The position numbers and the translations under genes are program-made. Positions 38,036 to 48,984 of a DNA stretch of 64,000 nucleotides are shown here, piece by piece. Each line of letters opens with the position of its first letter. Position 1 is the first letter of the stretch. The DNA is from Antedon mediterranea (taxonomy: Eukaryota; Animalia; Echinodermata): positions 20,085,648 through 20,149,647 of the forward strand of contig NC_092673.1 in the NCBI RefSeq assembly GCF_964355755.1, written 5' to 3'. The notes under the pieces were generated by a model. It did not search any database and was not told the DNA's origin. It worked only from the letters and a program-made list of their open reading frames with translations.

Positions 38036-38416
38036 TTAATCAAATATATCGGAGGATCTTCTCGCTCTCTTAGTTCTTCTTCGACTGACTTCATTGCTTT
38101 TTCGCTTTCTCTTTTTATTCACTTTTCCGCTACCATTCTGAGAAACAATTCGTTTACCGGCTTGCGTAATTCTACGTTTTGCAGCTTGTTTGATATTTTG
38201 TCCACTTATAGCATCCTCCATTATTTCGGCTCTGGTTCGTAACGCTTGTTTTCCTTGAGTTTTGGCACCCTTTTTAAAAAGCGGTACAGCTTTTTTGAAC
38301 AAACCAGACAACATTCCACCTAATCCGTACCCTCTCTGATTAGATGATCCATGAAATACAGGTAGGCTTAAACCGCCAGCTTGACCTACGTAGTAATCCT
38401 CATACACGTTAGGCAT
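38036..38416 (-). CDS. Basic virion core/membrane-active precursor protein with multiple protease-type sites
   Basis: YY..QAGG, QRGYGLGG followed by an amphipathic helix, QNGSG, R/K-rich tail ending DIFD; typical position upstream of the MCP. Confidence 0.8.
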   Translation of the reverse strand: MPNVYEDYYVGQAGGLSLPVFHGSSNQRGYGLGGMLSGLFKKAVPLFKKGAKTQGKQALRTRAEIMEDAISGQNIKQAAKRRITQAGKRIVSQNGSGKVNKKRKRKSNEVSRRRTKRARRSSDIFD

Positions 38417-38418
38417 GA

Positions 38419-39195
38419 TTAAATGAGATGCGATGATCTACTCTGTCGAAAATGAAGCTTCACTAAAACCTTCCCACGTTGAAATGATACTTTCTCACCA
38501 GTGTCACTCCTTATATCTATCGAAATGGTATCAATTTCTTTTTTGATTAAACGCTTGTAGTGAGGCATCATGTATTCGTGAGAAGTAACGTTTCTCATTT
38601 GACTCTCCTTGGTTTGTACAATTCTCAATAAAGGAACGCTTACATCTCCAACTCGTTGATGTTCGATCACGTCTGTATAAACGTATAAACCAGGTACACG
38701 ATGATGAAGATTAATCGGATGATTGCCTGTAACATTTGAATTTAATAGAATCGAAGATATGTCGAATCCCAATAACGTTTGCATACCTCCTAACGACGTT
38801 ATAGATGTCAGAATATTGGTTGAAATATTAACTTTTTCCGATACAGAATTGAATTTAAACCTTATGTTATCATCCAACTTCTTTTTTCTTAAAGCAGAGT
38901 TTATCGTATCAATCAGTTTCGAAACTGAACTATAATATCCGCTTGTAATTTCGATTTTGTATTCCATCGTTGTTGTTTCTATTTGAGAAACGTTTAATCG
39001 TATCCAAATTTTATTGCTTGTATCGTCTACATTGTACCACGTATGTGGGTATTGTATTTCAGTTAAACCAACTTCCCACTCGCCTTTTAATCGTATCGAC
39101 TCGGCTAATTTTGTAGTGTAACTTGTAAGTGTATTTTCCGGAAAATAATTCAATGAACTATTGCTCGGTAGTGAGACGTGAAACTGAGATGACAT
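38419..39195 (-). CDS. Minor capsid (penton, single jelly-roll) protein
   Basis: MSSQFHVSLPSNSS..FPEN....YTTKL...L.GEWEVGL.EI; LYVYTDVI..VGD...PLLR; LHFR. Confidence 0.9.
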   Translation of the reverse strand: MSSQFHVSLPSNSSLNYFPENTLTSYTTKLAESIRLKGEWEVGLTEIQYPHTWYNVDDTSNKIWIRLNVSQIETTTMEYKIEITSGYYSSVSKLIDTINSALRKKKLDDNIRFKFNSVSEKVNISTNILTSITSLGGMQTLLGFDISSILLNSNVTGNHPINLHHRVPGLYVYTDVIEHQRVGDVSVPLLRIVQTKESQMRNVTSHEYMMPHYKRLIKKEIDTISIDIRSDTGEKVSFQRGKVLVKLHFRQSRSSHLI

Positions 39196-39206
39196 GATGC
39201 TCGTGT

Positions 39207-40271
39207 TTATCTGACTAGATTCTGAACCCAACTGTTGAATTTAGCAGGGTACCCTAACCACTTAACGAAATATTCTGTCTTTCCATCACGCTTTCGCCTT
39301 TTAATTACTTTTTCGACGCGATATACATCTTTATCAGATTTTGAAACTTTTTGTAATTCTTTTTCGTAGAAATTTCTTTCGATTATATCATTGTTCCAGT
39401 CCTTTACTTGATACGTTGGCATTGATGTTCCTTTACGTTTAAATACAGTGAATATCTCTTCTGTCCAGTTTGCTAAATAACCTTTTTCAAAAATCATTTT
39501 ATATCTACTGATACGCACTTGATCACCGACTTTAAACTTAAATCGTTTTACCGGATGCTTTCTTTCACCATACAATTTCTGCCACACTTCGTGCTCGTTG
39601 TCGCTTGTAACGAGAATCGGTGCAGTTCCTATAGATCTATGTTTTGAATTATTGTAACTGGAAACTAATTTAGGAAGTGCGTCGATATATTTTTTATTAC
39701 CGTTTGCTGTAAATAATTTCCACATTCTCGTTTTTAAAGTTCTATTGAATCGCTCAACTATGCTTGCCTTCGTTTCGTTGTTCGTCGTAAAGAAATGTAT
39801 ATCTTTAGATTTCAGATACGATTGTACTTTTTTATTTATAAATTCTGTACCTTTATCTGTATGAATTTTAATCGGTTTTCTTTTACCTGATAACAGTTTT
39901 TTCATAGCTTTTAATATGGTATCTGAAGACTTGTTCTTTATCGGTATAACCCACGCATATTTAGATAAGACATCTATACATGTTATAAGAAATGTATTTT
40001 GCTTATTGTAACGTTTTAATGAAGTCAAGTCAACCAAATCCATTTCCCATTGTTCATCGATAGCGTTTACTTGTACACGGTTCCTCTTGAATTTTCGTTG
40101 AATTGGTTTATGTAATGTATATGTATCTTGATTGCTCAGCCATTCCTGAACTTGTTTCTTGGTAATATTTAATTCGTCTTTTACATTTTGATGAAGTCGG
40201 TTCACACCACCAAAACTACCGGGATGTTTAGGATCGTAATATACTTTTCTTAAGTACTCATCCATACTCAT
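39207..40271 (-). CDS. Retroviral-like (rve) integrase with a C-terminal chromodomain
   Basis: DDE triad EMDLVD / HTDKGTEF / IVERFNRT; YNN..H.SI; chromodomain YRVEKVI..EYFVKWLGY...NSW; intact ORF. Confidence 0.96.
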   Translation of the reverse strand: MSMDEYLRKVYYDPKHPGSFGGVNRLHQNVKDELNITKKQVQEWLSNQDTYTLHKPIQRKFKRNRVQVNAIDEQWEMDLVDLTSLKRYNKQNTFLITCIDVLSKYAWVIPIKNKSSDTILKAMKKLLSGKRKPIKIHTDKGTEFINKKVQSYLKSKDIHFFTTNNETKASIVERFNRTLKTRMWKLFTANGNKKYIDALPKLVSSYNNSKHRSIGTAPILVTSDNEHEVWQKLYGERKHPVKRFKFKVGDQVRISRYKMIFEKGYLANWTEEIFTVFKRKGTSMPTYQVKDWNNDIIERNFYEKELQKVSKSDKDVYRVEKVIKRRKRDGKTEYFVKWLGYPAKFNSWVQNLVR

Positions 40272-40785
40272 TACCCTCAATCATCCAAATGAAAATTATA
40301 AAAATAATTCAAATACTTAAATAACACGCAAAGATCAAATTTCATTTTCGTTGTTGTAAAAAACAAAATTTATTTCAATACACATTCTATTGCAATACAC
40401 TTTACAAAACATAAAATCAAAATACACAATAACAATTAAATAGAAAAAAAAATTTTTATATATACACTAACATATTTTTTTAGTCAGAAAGAACAAAATA
40501 CATTAACTCAAAAACATTTAAATTTTATTTTAAAATAACTTTTTAAATAGAAATGAAGAAATAACAAATTAATTCAAATGATAAATTTTTTTTTTTTTTT
40601 TTTTAAATTACTTTTACAAATACACTAGCAAGTTATTTAGTACTGAAAAAAACACAGACAAAAAAATAACACACGGGTTAAAATGTTTAAATCCCCATTC
40701 AAAGTGGGTAGGCCTACTCGCATTTAAAAAATTGTTCAATTCAAGATCATCAATCCGTTCCGTTTTCCAAAAGATTACATTGTAA

Positions 40786-41319
40786 TTACGGGAACTGTTT
40801 TAACCAATCGTAATTGTCATTCTTGTAGCTTTTTTTGGTAATTTGTGTTTCTGGCATTCCATTGTCATTCATGTCTACACCGGTTCCACAATCGTCAAAT
40901 CCATCCAATTCTAAAAACATTTCATCGACCATGTCCTTTTGTTCCATTAGATCTCTCCACTGCATCATTGTTAAATTAATACCTTTCTTCCCAGGTTTAA
41001 ATTTACCATCTGGTTCTGATTGATAGTATTCTCGGATACATACGTACATATCATCACCCCAACGTTGAGCAACGACGTGCCTCGTTTCATTAAGTTTAAT
41101 ACGTTTTTTAGTAGCTGTAACTGTAATTCGACTATCATTCTTAAAAAAGTGATTCTTTACCACCGGTCGACAATCTTGTTGAAAAGAAGCGCTTGTATTT
41201 GGTTCATCTTCTACTCTATGTCTCTTGCTAGACCTCATAACTCGCTGCATAGTAGCCTTAGCCTTCTTATCAGCTAATTTAGAATCGGCGTAATCAGCTG
41301 TTGGTTTGTAGAAGTTCAT
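40786..41319 (-). CDS. PC4/Sub1-like ssDNA-binding domain protein
   Basis: RHVVAQRWGDDMYVCIREYYQ..DGKFKPGKKGINLTMMQWRDL matches the PC4 signature (V.IREY....G..KPG.KGI.L...QW). Confidence 0.85.
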   Translation of the reverse strand: MNFYKPTADYADSKLADKKAKATMQRVMRSSKRHRVEDEPNTSASFQQDCRPVVKNHFFKNDSRITVTATKKRIKLNETRHVVAQRWGDDMYVCIREYYQSEPDGKFKPGKKGINLTMMQWRDLMEQKDMVDEMFLELDGFDDCGTGVDMNDNGMPETQITKKSYKNDNYDWLKQFP

Positions 41320-41485
41320 ACTGATGAAAACTGTACTAAAATTCTCTTAATCAAGAATGTGGAAGTGAGTTTAGTGCGTTGTAAGCTGGTACTGATGAGT
41401 TCACTATAAATTTACCCATATATTTATACACACTAAAATAATTTATGCATGATGTCAGTAGCGTCCCTCTTTACCCACTTTTGTT

Positions 41486-42034
41486 GTCACTGCTTTCGAT
41501 TTATCCCCTTTGTTAAAAAATCCGGAAGATGGTTAATTACCTTTCGGTGTAGTTCATTCAAGACATACTTATTATTTAACTTCATTCATTCTTATCTTTT
41601 TGTTTTAGTCATTGTTATAATATCCGGATCAAATAACTTATGTCTTTGGATTATGTCGGCATACATCAAGCAAAAACCTCAATTAACTAGTTTTAATTAA
41701 CCAGGTGCATCTTTATTGACTCTATGACTAATTCAAATCTTACAAAAACTATATTGTCTCACGTCCTTAAGCTATGTTAACCATTGTATTATAATCCGAA
41801 ACATAACACCTATTGACTTCAACCATTGTAAACCATTTGTTCTCATCACAAATGACTAAATCATCACCAAATATTTTTTATTTATTATTTAATAATTTTA
41901 TATTATAATGTATATTAATATATAACAATTCTATATAACAATTCTAGTGAAATGATATTCTCTATTGTCTTATACTACCCCCATTGTTAACCATTGTTAT
42001 AATCACGACTGACTATACCTGCATCCCCACTACT
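41486..42034 (-). repeat. Right terminal inverted repeat of the Polinton
   Basis: Reverse complement of 25517-~26055. Confidence 0.93.
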
Positions 42035-44410
42035 TATACTTGTTTCTTTATTGTTATATATTTCACATTCAATGTTACATAACATATTGCTTTTAAATGA
42101 ATTCCATAAAGATTTACCCACTGGCTTATTTAGTGCAGATAACATTTTTATTCTATAAATAGTAAATGCTGCAAAAGTGTAAATATAATCTATTAGCTTA
42201 TCTCCCGTTCATAGTATTAATTGTTTAAATGATATATTATTGTGATTTAAACTTACAAAGATACTAAGCATTTTCTTCCAATATTTCTGAATAAATCTAC
42301 AACTAAAAAACAAATGATTTTCATTTTCAATTTCTCCACATTTGTCACACGTTTGTGTTTCCTTAACTTTCCACTGATACAGCCGTTTGTTGGTAGGCAG
42401 TATTCTATGTAACATCTTATAATTGAATTTTGCTAGTTTCTTATCTTTCATTTTACATACTTTCCGTAACCAAGAAGTTTTCCAATCAATGTTGTTATCA
42501 TTGAAGTACTCTTCCCATTTTAGTTGTGACATTGGAATAATGAAATATTCTTTCACAAACCATGAGTATATTAGTTTGGTAGTATTAATCTCATACTTGG
42601 TCCCAACTAATTCATCATTATCATCACAATTGAAAATATCTACCTCCTTAATAATACGTTTCCATTGAATTGGTATTGCCTTAATAATGCACAAATACTC
42701 ATTTAACCAGTTTGTTTTACATTGTAGTTTCACCAGTATTTCGTTTGATGTTAAAAAAGTGTTCTTATTAACAATGTCTTTAATACTGATAATGCCACTG
42801 TCAATCCAATGCTTGTAGAAAAGCGATTTTTTTTTTAGTTTAACGTAGTGGTTTCCACACAGTTGCTCATTCATTATATCGTTATCAGCAAAGTTAACTG
42901 ATGTACATTTACTGATTTATGTTAAAAAATTAAGTAATATTCGGGTGTTCATTTGGGGAGAAGATCTGTAATTAGTATTTGAACTTACTGTGTTCGCAAA
43001 ATTTCCCATAAAATTGTACTGGGCATGCGCAGGTGTATCCCTGTTCTGAGCAATCATTGATACACGAGCCTCCGTTAACGCATTTGTTGTTTTGTTGGCA
43101 TCTTCCGAAAAACTCTATACAAACGGAACATTTACAGTGCAGTTTTAATCCAATACCACAAACAAATAAATCACAAGATTCACAAATACAGCCTACCATT
43201 AATACAATTCAAGCAAATAATTCTTTAATCATACCTGAGTAAAATCTTTTCTTTTTCGACGCATGTCGTAGAACCAGACACCAGATACCGTCTCCATGTA
43301 TTCCGGTCCAGTGACGCTATCCCGATCAAACGTCGCGCACTCTTGCGTATCAGCAGCGTACGTAAAAGCTAGGCAACGTGCGTCCTGTCGACAAAGCTTC
43401 ATACACTCGTATTGCGTTGCATTGTATTTGCCAAGTTCGTTTGACATTGCTGTGTTAGCGTGTCTGTAGAATTGAGAAGGTGACGTTTCTGGTGGCTTGA
43501 TATCACATTCCACATACCCATCACAACTACTAGTTAACGTCAAAGCTGTGATACACGTGAATAATAATCATGCAAGTCCACAATTTCTCAATAACGGTCA
43601 TAATTCCCAACGCGGCTCTCCGATTGAGTTAACTACTATTTACAATTCAAATTTATTGAATTTTGAACAAGTCCATATCAAGAGAAACAAACAATAGTAC
43701 AAATAAAATTACAAATAAACAGTTACATAAAGAGATTCGACTGCAGAAGGGAGAGTTACAAGTTTGCAACAATCAAGGTATGGAAGCAGAGATTATATGC
43801 ATATAGTATTAGTAGTTTGGGCCCATTTCCTGATAATAAGAGGCCTATTTTTAATGTTTTTATCTCTTATACACAAATTGTTATATCTCGTTTTCATTTC
43901 CCAAAGAACAGATTATGGTAGTATAGTTTCTGTATTGATTTCAGTAGTATAGTCTGTAATAATTATATAATCTTTATATTAAATAAAAACAAATCTCATT
44001 TGAAAGTTACAAACCGATAGCACGCGTCCGATATTGAATGTCGTCAATTGCGATGTCACCCCTACGGTAAACTACTTTTCCCAATAGCCTTCAAACACAA
44101 TGTAATTTTTTCCATAACCGTTGTGCGCAAATTGTGCTACTACAGCATTTCGCCACCGATCTCCTTGGTTACCACTTTTTTTCCATAACAGTTCGTCCCC
44201 CAAATCCGATTTTCTGTAAACCGTGAGTGATCCAACTTCATGTCCGTACATGTGATAGTAGAATGATAAAGATACATGTTGCCCTGGTGGTAACAATTGA
44301 CTTCTCATGCGAGCTGACTTCCAGTTACTTGTAGATATTGTTTTAATGTAAACATAATGATCACCTGAGCTGTACGTGGAAATAAACAAGCAGTTAGTAA
44401 TTAAATTTAA

Positions 44411-45721
44411 TTAGGCTATATATTATCATGCATATAACCTTATTGATTCTGTCAAAAATCTTTATTTCTTTATTTTATTCTTTCCTTAGCACTGTTTTGT
44501 CCGTCAATATTATCTTGAGATCAATTACATCTAGCTACGTTAATTTTTCAGAGTATATTCCTTATATCCAGGAATCGATGTGGATATCCTTTCATGGTGC
44601 GCAATAAAAAAGGTCTACGCGTGATTTAATGAAATCACGTTTGCAATCATATGTATTATAATTAAACCAAATTTGGTAAATTTCAGATCATATTTCATCA
44701 TATGAAAATGCAAATACGTGCGTAGCGCATATAACGCGTGCGTACGTGCGCTTACAATTTAAAAAAATGAGTGAGTAGTGAGTACATTTCAGGCAATTTT
44801 AAGCGTTTAAAAATTGCCATGAGTGCGCAGAATTTTGCACTGCGCGTTAAACTATACTGCGGTACTCTTTTTGCCTGATTTCTGTTTTACAAACTTTCTT
44901 TAGCAATTTCATCATATTTTATTCACTTTTCAATTTAAAACCACGTTATACAAGCGCGTTAAAGTGACCGGCTTCGCACAAAATGGTGAAAATATGCTAT
45001 ATTTTAAAATGAATATAGATCGTCAGAATGCTCGGGAAACCCTATTTTTCATTTTTTAAAAGTGTATGCATCATATATGCATGGAAGATTTATTATGAAA
45101 TTAAGAGAAAAAAAAGTTGATTACGTCATCATTGCATATTAAATTAAAAAAAAAATTAATACAATCAAACAAACTATGGCATTTTCTTTGGCCGAAATAA
45201 CAAACTTAACATTAACTTCTTCTTTAAAATGTTTATATATTGAAGTTAAAAGCCAAAAGGGTTACTGCATAGTAAACACACGGAGGAATCTTTCTTCAAC
45301 TTTAGTCAGTTGTGTATGGCTCGGTGGTCTGTGCTCGCGTCTATAGCATTCAAGGTACCCAGATCGAGTCTCACCTTGGGAAACGAAATAAGATTTTTTT
45401 TATATCCGTATTGTTTGTTCAATTTCATTTCTTAGTGTTAGATTAATTTACGTATGATTTATGATGAAAAAGTAAAAAAAATGACTTAGGTATTTATAAT
45501 TATGTAACAAGGGTTGTTTATATTATACGCGGAGGGATCTTTGATTGGATAGTGATACCGACTATTGTATTTGCGTTAGCAAGATCCTATCTTCATAGGC
45601 CTATATTATAAATAATTAAAGATTCTGACAAAATCGATATATATATTTAAAAAATCAATTTAATTATTAAAATCAATGCATATAACCTAAAATTCGTCAT
45701 AGTGACGAATTAAATCTAGTT
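44411..45721 (+). mobile_element. Helentron-derived (DINE-1/HINE-like) non-autonomous element in an intron
   Basis: 5' TTAGGCTATAT, internal IR TGCATATAACCT, 3' subTIR TGCATATAACCTAA, hairpin AATTCGTCATAGTGACGAATT, then CTAGTT. Confidence 0.6.
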
Positions 45722-46237
45722 CAAATTATAATATATGGCTTTTTGAATATTTCCGAAATTTTACTGTATTAAACATTATGTGAAAACAATTTAGATTTTT
45801 GGCATAGTGACCACTAGAAGTGTTTATTTTACACCACACTTAACCTCTCATGTGCTAGTAGACATTTCTACTAATAACCCTAATAAACGTACAACGATTT
45901 CCTGAATGACCTTTGATGGTCCAGTTTTTCTTTCACCAATTCTTCCATCCCTTCTACCACAAGTCCGCATCCAATCAAAACCATCACCTCTTTCTTGAGT
46001 CCAGCCATAACCAGTACTCTCAAAATCTGTTTGACTATAAAACATATATGCTATGACGTTATCGAAATTCCTTCACTTGCACTGATGAAGGACTAGTTTT
46101 GTCCGAAAGCTCTGCTAATTTTTCTGGCTGTTTTACTTTATCGTTTTGATTTAGCTTTTCGCTTTTTTTTTGTATCTCCATTGAGATCCAGCCACTGATA
46201 CCCACAGCATTGTCATTTTTCAGTAATTTGCCTTTGG

Positions 46238-46262
<25 letters not shown>

Positions 46263-46275
<13 letters not shown>

Positions 46276-47685
46276 ACAACAGGCAATAAACATTAATTCT
46301 AAACCGCCCGGTGATATACTGAAATTTAATTAATTAATTTGAAACGATAAAGATGAGGAAATCTGTGAGAATGAGAAAAAGTCGCACCAACCGAGACTCG
46401 AACTCAGACCGCCTGCTTGATATGCAGATGTCCTAACCATTAGACCACTGGGGCTTTCATTGAATTGTTCGAACTCGATTGGATAGCGACTTTTTAACAT
46501 TCTCGGCGTGGTACGGCAGAACAGCACTAGTCCTCAGTTGTACGCACGCGCACCAGAGATCAAATTGATACGCCCTCATCTTACAGTATTTTTATTCACG
46601 AGGCGGGATCTCAGAAGAGATACTTTTATATATATAAACACAACAGGCAAAGAACATTAATTCTAAACCGCCCGGTGATATACTGAAATTTAATTAATTA
46701 ATTTGAAACGATAAAGATGAGGAAATCTGTGAGAATGAGAACAAGTCGCACCAACCGAGACTCGAACTCAGACCGCCTGCTTGATATGCAGATGTCCTAA
46801 CCATTAGACCACTGGGGCTTTCATGGTATTGTTCGAACTCGATTGGATAGCGACTCTTTAACATTCTCGGCGTGGTACGGCAGAACAGCACTAGTCCTCA
46901 GTTGTACGCACGCGCACCAGAGATCAAATTGATACGCCCTCATCTTACAGTATTTTTATTCACAAAGCAGGATCTCAGAAGAGATACTTTTATATATATA
47001 AACACAACAGGCAAAAAACATTAATTCTAAACCGCCCGGTGATATACTGAATTTTAATTAATTAATTTGAAACGATAAAGATGAGGAAATCTGTGAGAAT
47101 GAGAAAAAGTCGCACCAACCGAGACTCGAACTCAGACCGCCTGCTTGATATGCAGATGTCCTATCCATTAGACCACTGGGGCTTTCATGGTATTGTTCGA
47201 ACTCGATTGGATAGCGACTCTTTAACATTCTCGGCGTGGTACGGCAGAACAGCACTAGTCCTCAGTTGTACGCACGCGCACCAGAGATCAAATTGATACG
47301 CCCTCATCTTACAGTATTTTTATTCACGAGGCGAGATCTCAGAAGAGATACTTTTATATATATAAACACAACAGGCAAAGAACATTAATTCTAAACCGCC
47401 CGGTAATATACTGAAATTTAATTAATTAATTTGAAACGATAAAGATGAGGAAATATGTGAGAATGAGAAAAAGTCGCACCAACCGAGACTCAAACTCAGA
47501 CCGCCTGCTTGATATGCAGATGTCCTAACCATTAGACCACTGGGGCTTTCATGGTATTGTTCGAACTCGATTGGATAGCGACTCTTTAACATTCTTGGCG
47601 TGGTACGGCAGAACAGCACTAGTCCTCAGTTGTACGCACGCGCACCAGAGATCAAATTGATACGCCCTCATCTTACAGTATTTTT
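46263..47685. repeat. Tandem array of a 364-bp unit (~4 copies) bounded by (TA)n
   Basis: Same ORF recurs at 364-bp spacing (46330, 46694, 47058, 47422). Confidence 0.97.
46383..46454 (-). tRNA. tRNA-like cloverleaf, anticodon ATC (Asp-like; possibly pseudo-tRNA or SINE head); further copies 46747-46818, 47111-47182, 47475-47546
   Basis: GCCCCAG TG GTCT AATGGTTA GGAC A TCTGC ATATCAA GCAGG CGGT CTGAG TTCGAGT CTCGG TTGGTGC G; A and B boxes; T5 run downstream. Confidence 0.55.
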
Positions 47686-48984
47686 ATATATATATATATA
47701 TAAATCCAAAGTAAGAGTAAGAGATAATCTGGTTACAGTGCTCGATATCATTGGTAGAGCTAGATATGTATCACAAATAAAAATAAACTTGGTTACTTCA
47801 TTGTACTTTATTGACTACAAATTTGTTTCGTATGCTAGCAAAGCTAACACACTCGTCAGGTCAAAAGTACAACCATAACTGGCACAGCTCTACAGGGTTA
47901 TATAACATGTATGGGCAGCAAGTCGGATTGTTTATTTGTTTATAATTTGCCTATTGTTTGTAGTTCTTTTTGTGTTATTAAGGAATTTCTTTCTATGTCT
48001 CATTTCATATATTATAATTTGAACTAGATTTAATTTGTCATTCTTTTTGTGTTATTAATTATGAATTTCTTTCTATGTCTTATTTCATATATTATAATTT
48101 GAACTAGATTTAATTTGTCATTCTTTTTGTGTTATTAATTATGAATTTCTTTCTATGTCTACCAGGTTTAAGAAGATACCAGGTCATGAGTGAGCCTAGT
48201 TTAGGATAACATATAATAATGTATTTCTTATACATGTTATGTAACCCTTTTTTTATATTTATTCAAAATAGCCTATAAATATCAAAGCGATCAATCCATC
48301 GATCTAAAAACTAATAATATTTTATAAATTTTCAATTTGTTCTTACCAGTTGTTGATTTGTCACTATATTCATTAGTCCAGTCATCAAAACCAGTCTGAA
48401 AATCTGTAACTATAAAAATACATAAATATATATATCAAAATATTAAAGCTTGATCAACCTGTAGCCGAACATTTTAATTCAGCTGGTCATTCAATTGCAA
48501 ATTTCAGAGTTATTTCGGTATCTGACCAGTTTGCCGAATACCAGTTTGCCGACTGGCTATGTAAATGATGTATGAAATAGCCTAGTCGGCACACGGAAAA
48601 CCCACATTGCCGACAATAATAAAACTATGAAAAATCATAGTTTAATCAATAGTTTCTATTACCTAAGATACCTTGGTGTTTTGAAATGTTTTTATCATAC
48701 GCAAAAACGAAACAATCTAGCTAAGTCAGCAATCGCTAGGCCACCTAGGCTAGGCCTAGCTAGCTAAGCTGCCGGCCAAGCGAACCCACACAAGGTCGAT
48801 CGTATTAATTTATGGCGCGCCTCCAATAAATATTTATAATTTTTAAATACCATGAATAGGCCTATTATGAGTTAAATTAAACATCTAAAATACTACATTA
48901 CATTAGGAAAATATCTTACTATAATACATTCTAAATACTAAGTTACCGTAAATTAAACATTTTAAATATGATAAATTATATTAA

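Larger units (their letters stand above)
25517..42034. mobile_element. Polinton/Maverick (endogenous adintovirus-like dsDNA virus), full-length but decayed
   Basis: Termini AGTAGTGGGG...CCCCACTACT; 6-bp TSD TATACT (25511-25516, 42035-42040); long TIRs; pPolB, ATPase, protease, major and minor capsid, and integrase genes. Confidence 0.98.
25057..42884 (-). mobile_element. 5'-truncated Tx1/L1-like LINE split by the Polinton (pieces 42884-42041 and 25516-25057)
   Basis: ORF 42209..42874 has the zf-RVT C-terminus (FNYKMLHRILPTN..CDKC..ENENHLFFSC); the reading frame continues across the TATACT site (..ETSI|EKW); AATAAA and polyA at ~25057-25097; TSD TCAGCAAAGTT at 25046-25056 and 42885-42895. Confidence 0.85.
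42989..48402 (-). pseudogene. Host gene exons: MAM (~48402-48348, ~46026-45890, ~44369-44015), PAN/apple (43545-43235) and EGF (~43114-42989); probably frameshifted
   Basis: DFE..GW.Q...FDW..TGPS; SARM.S..LSFYYHMYG..G.L..GNQGDRW..IVFEG followed by out-of-frame GDIAIDDI; CMKLC....CLAFTY....C; C.NGGSC....YTCAC...FYGKFCE. Confidence 0.7.

Noticed and set aside
35832-41700. Antisense and overlapping ORFs within Polinton genes (e.g. 35832-, 37676+, 38723+, 41020+, 41449+)
   Set aside because: Shadow frames of real genes or of the TIR, with no motifs
46330-47619. Four repeated 65-aa ORFs (MLFCRTTPR...)
   Set aside because: They are translations of the 364-bp tRNA-like repeat, with non-ATG starts and no protein features
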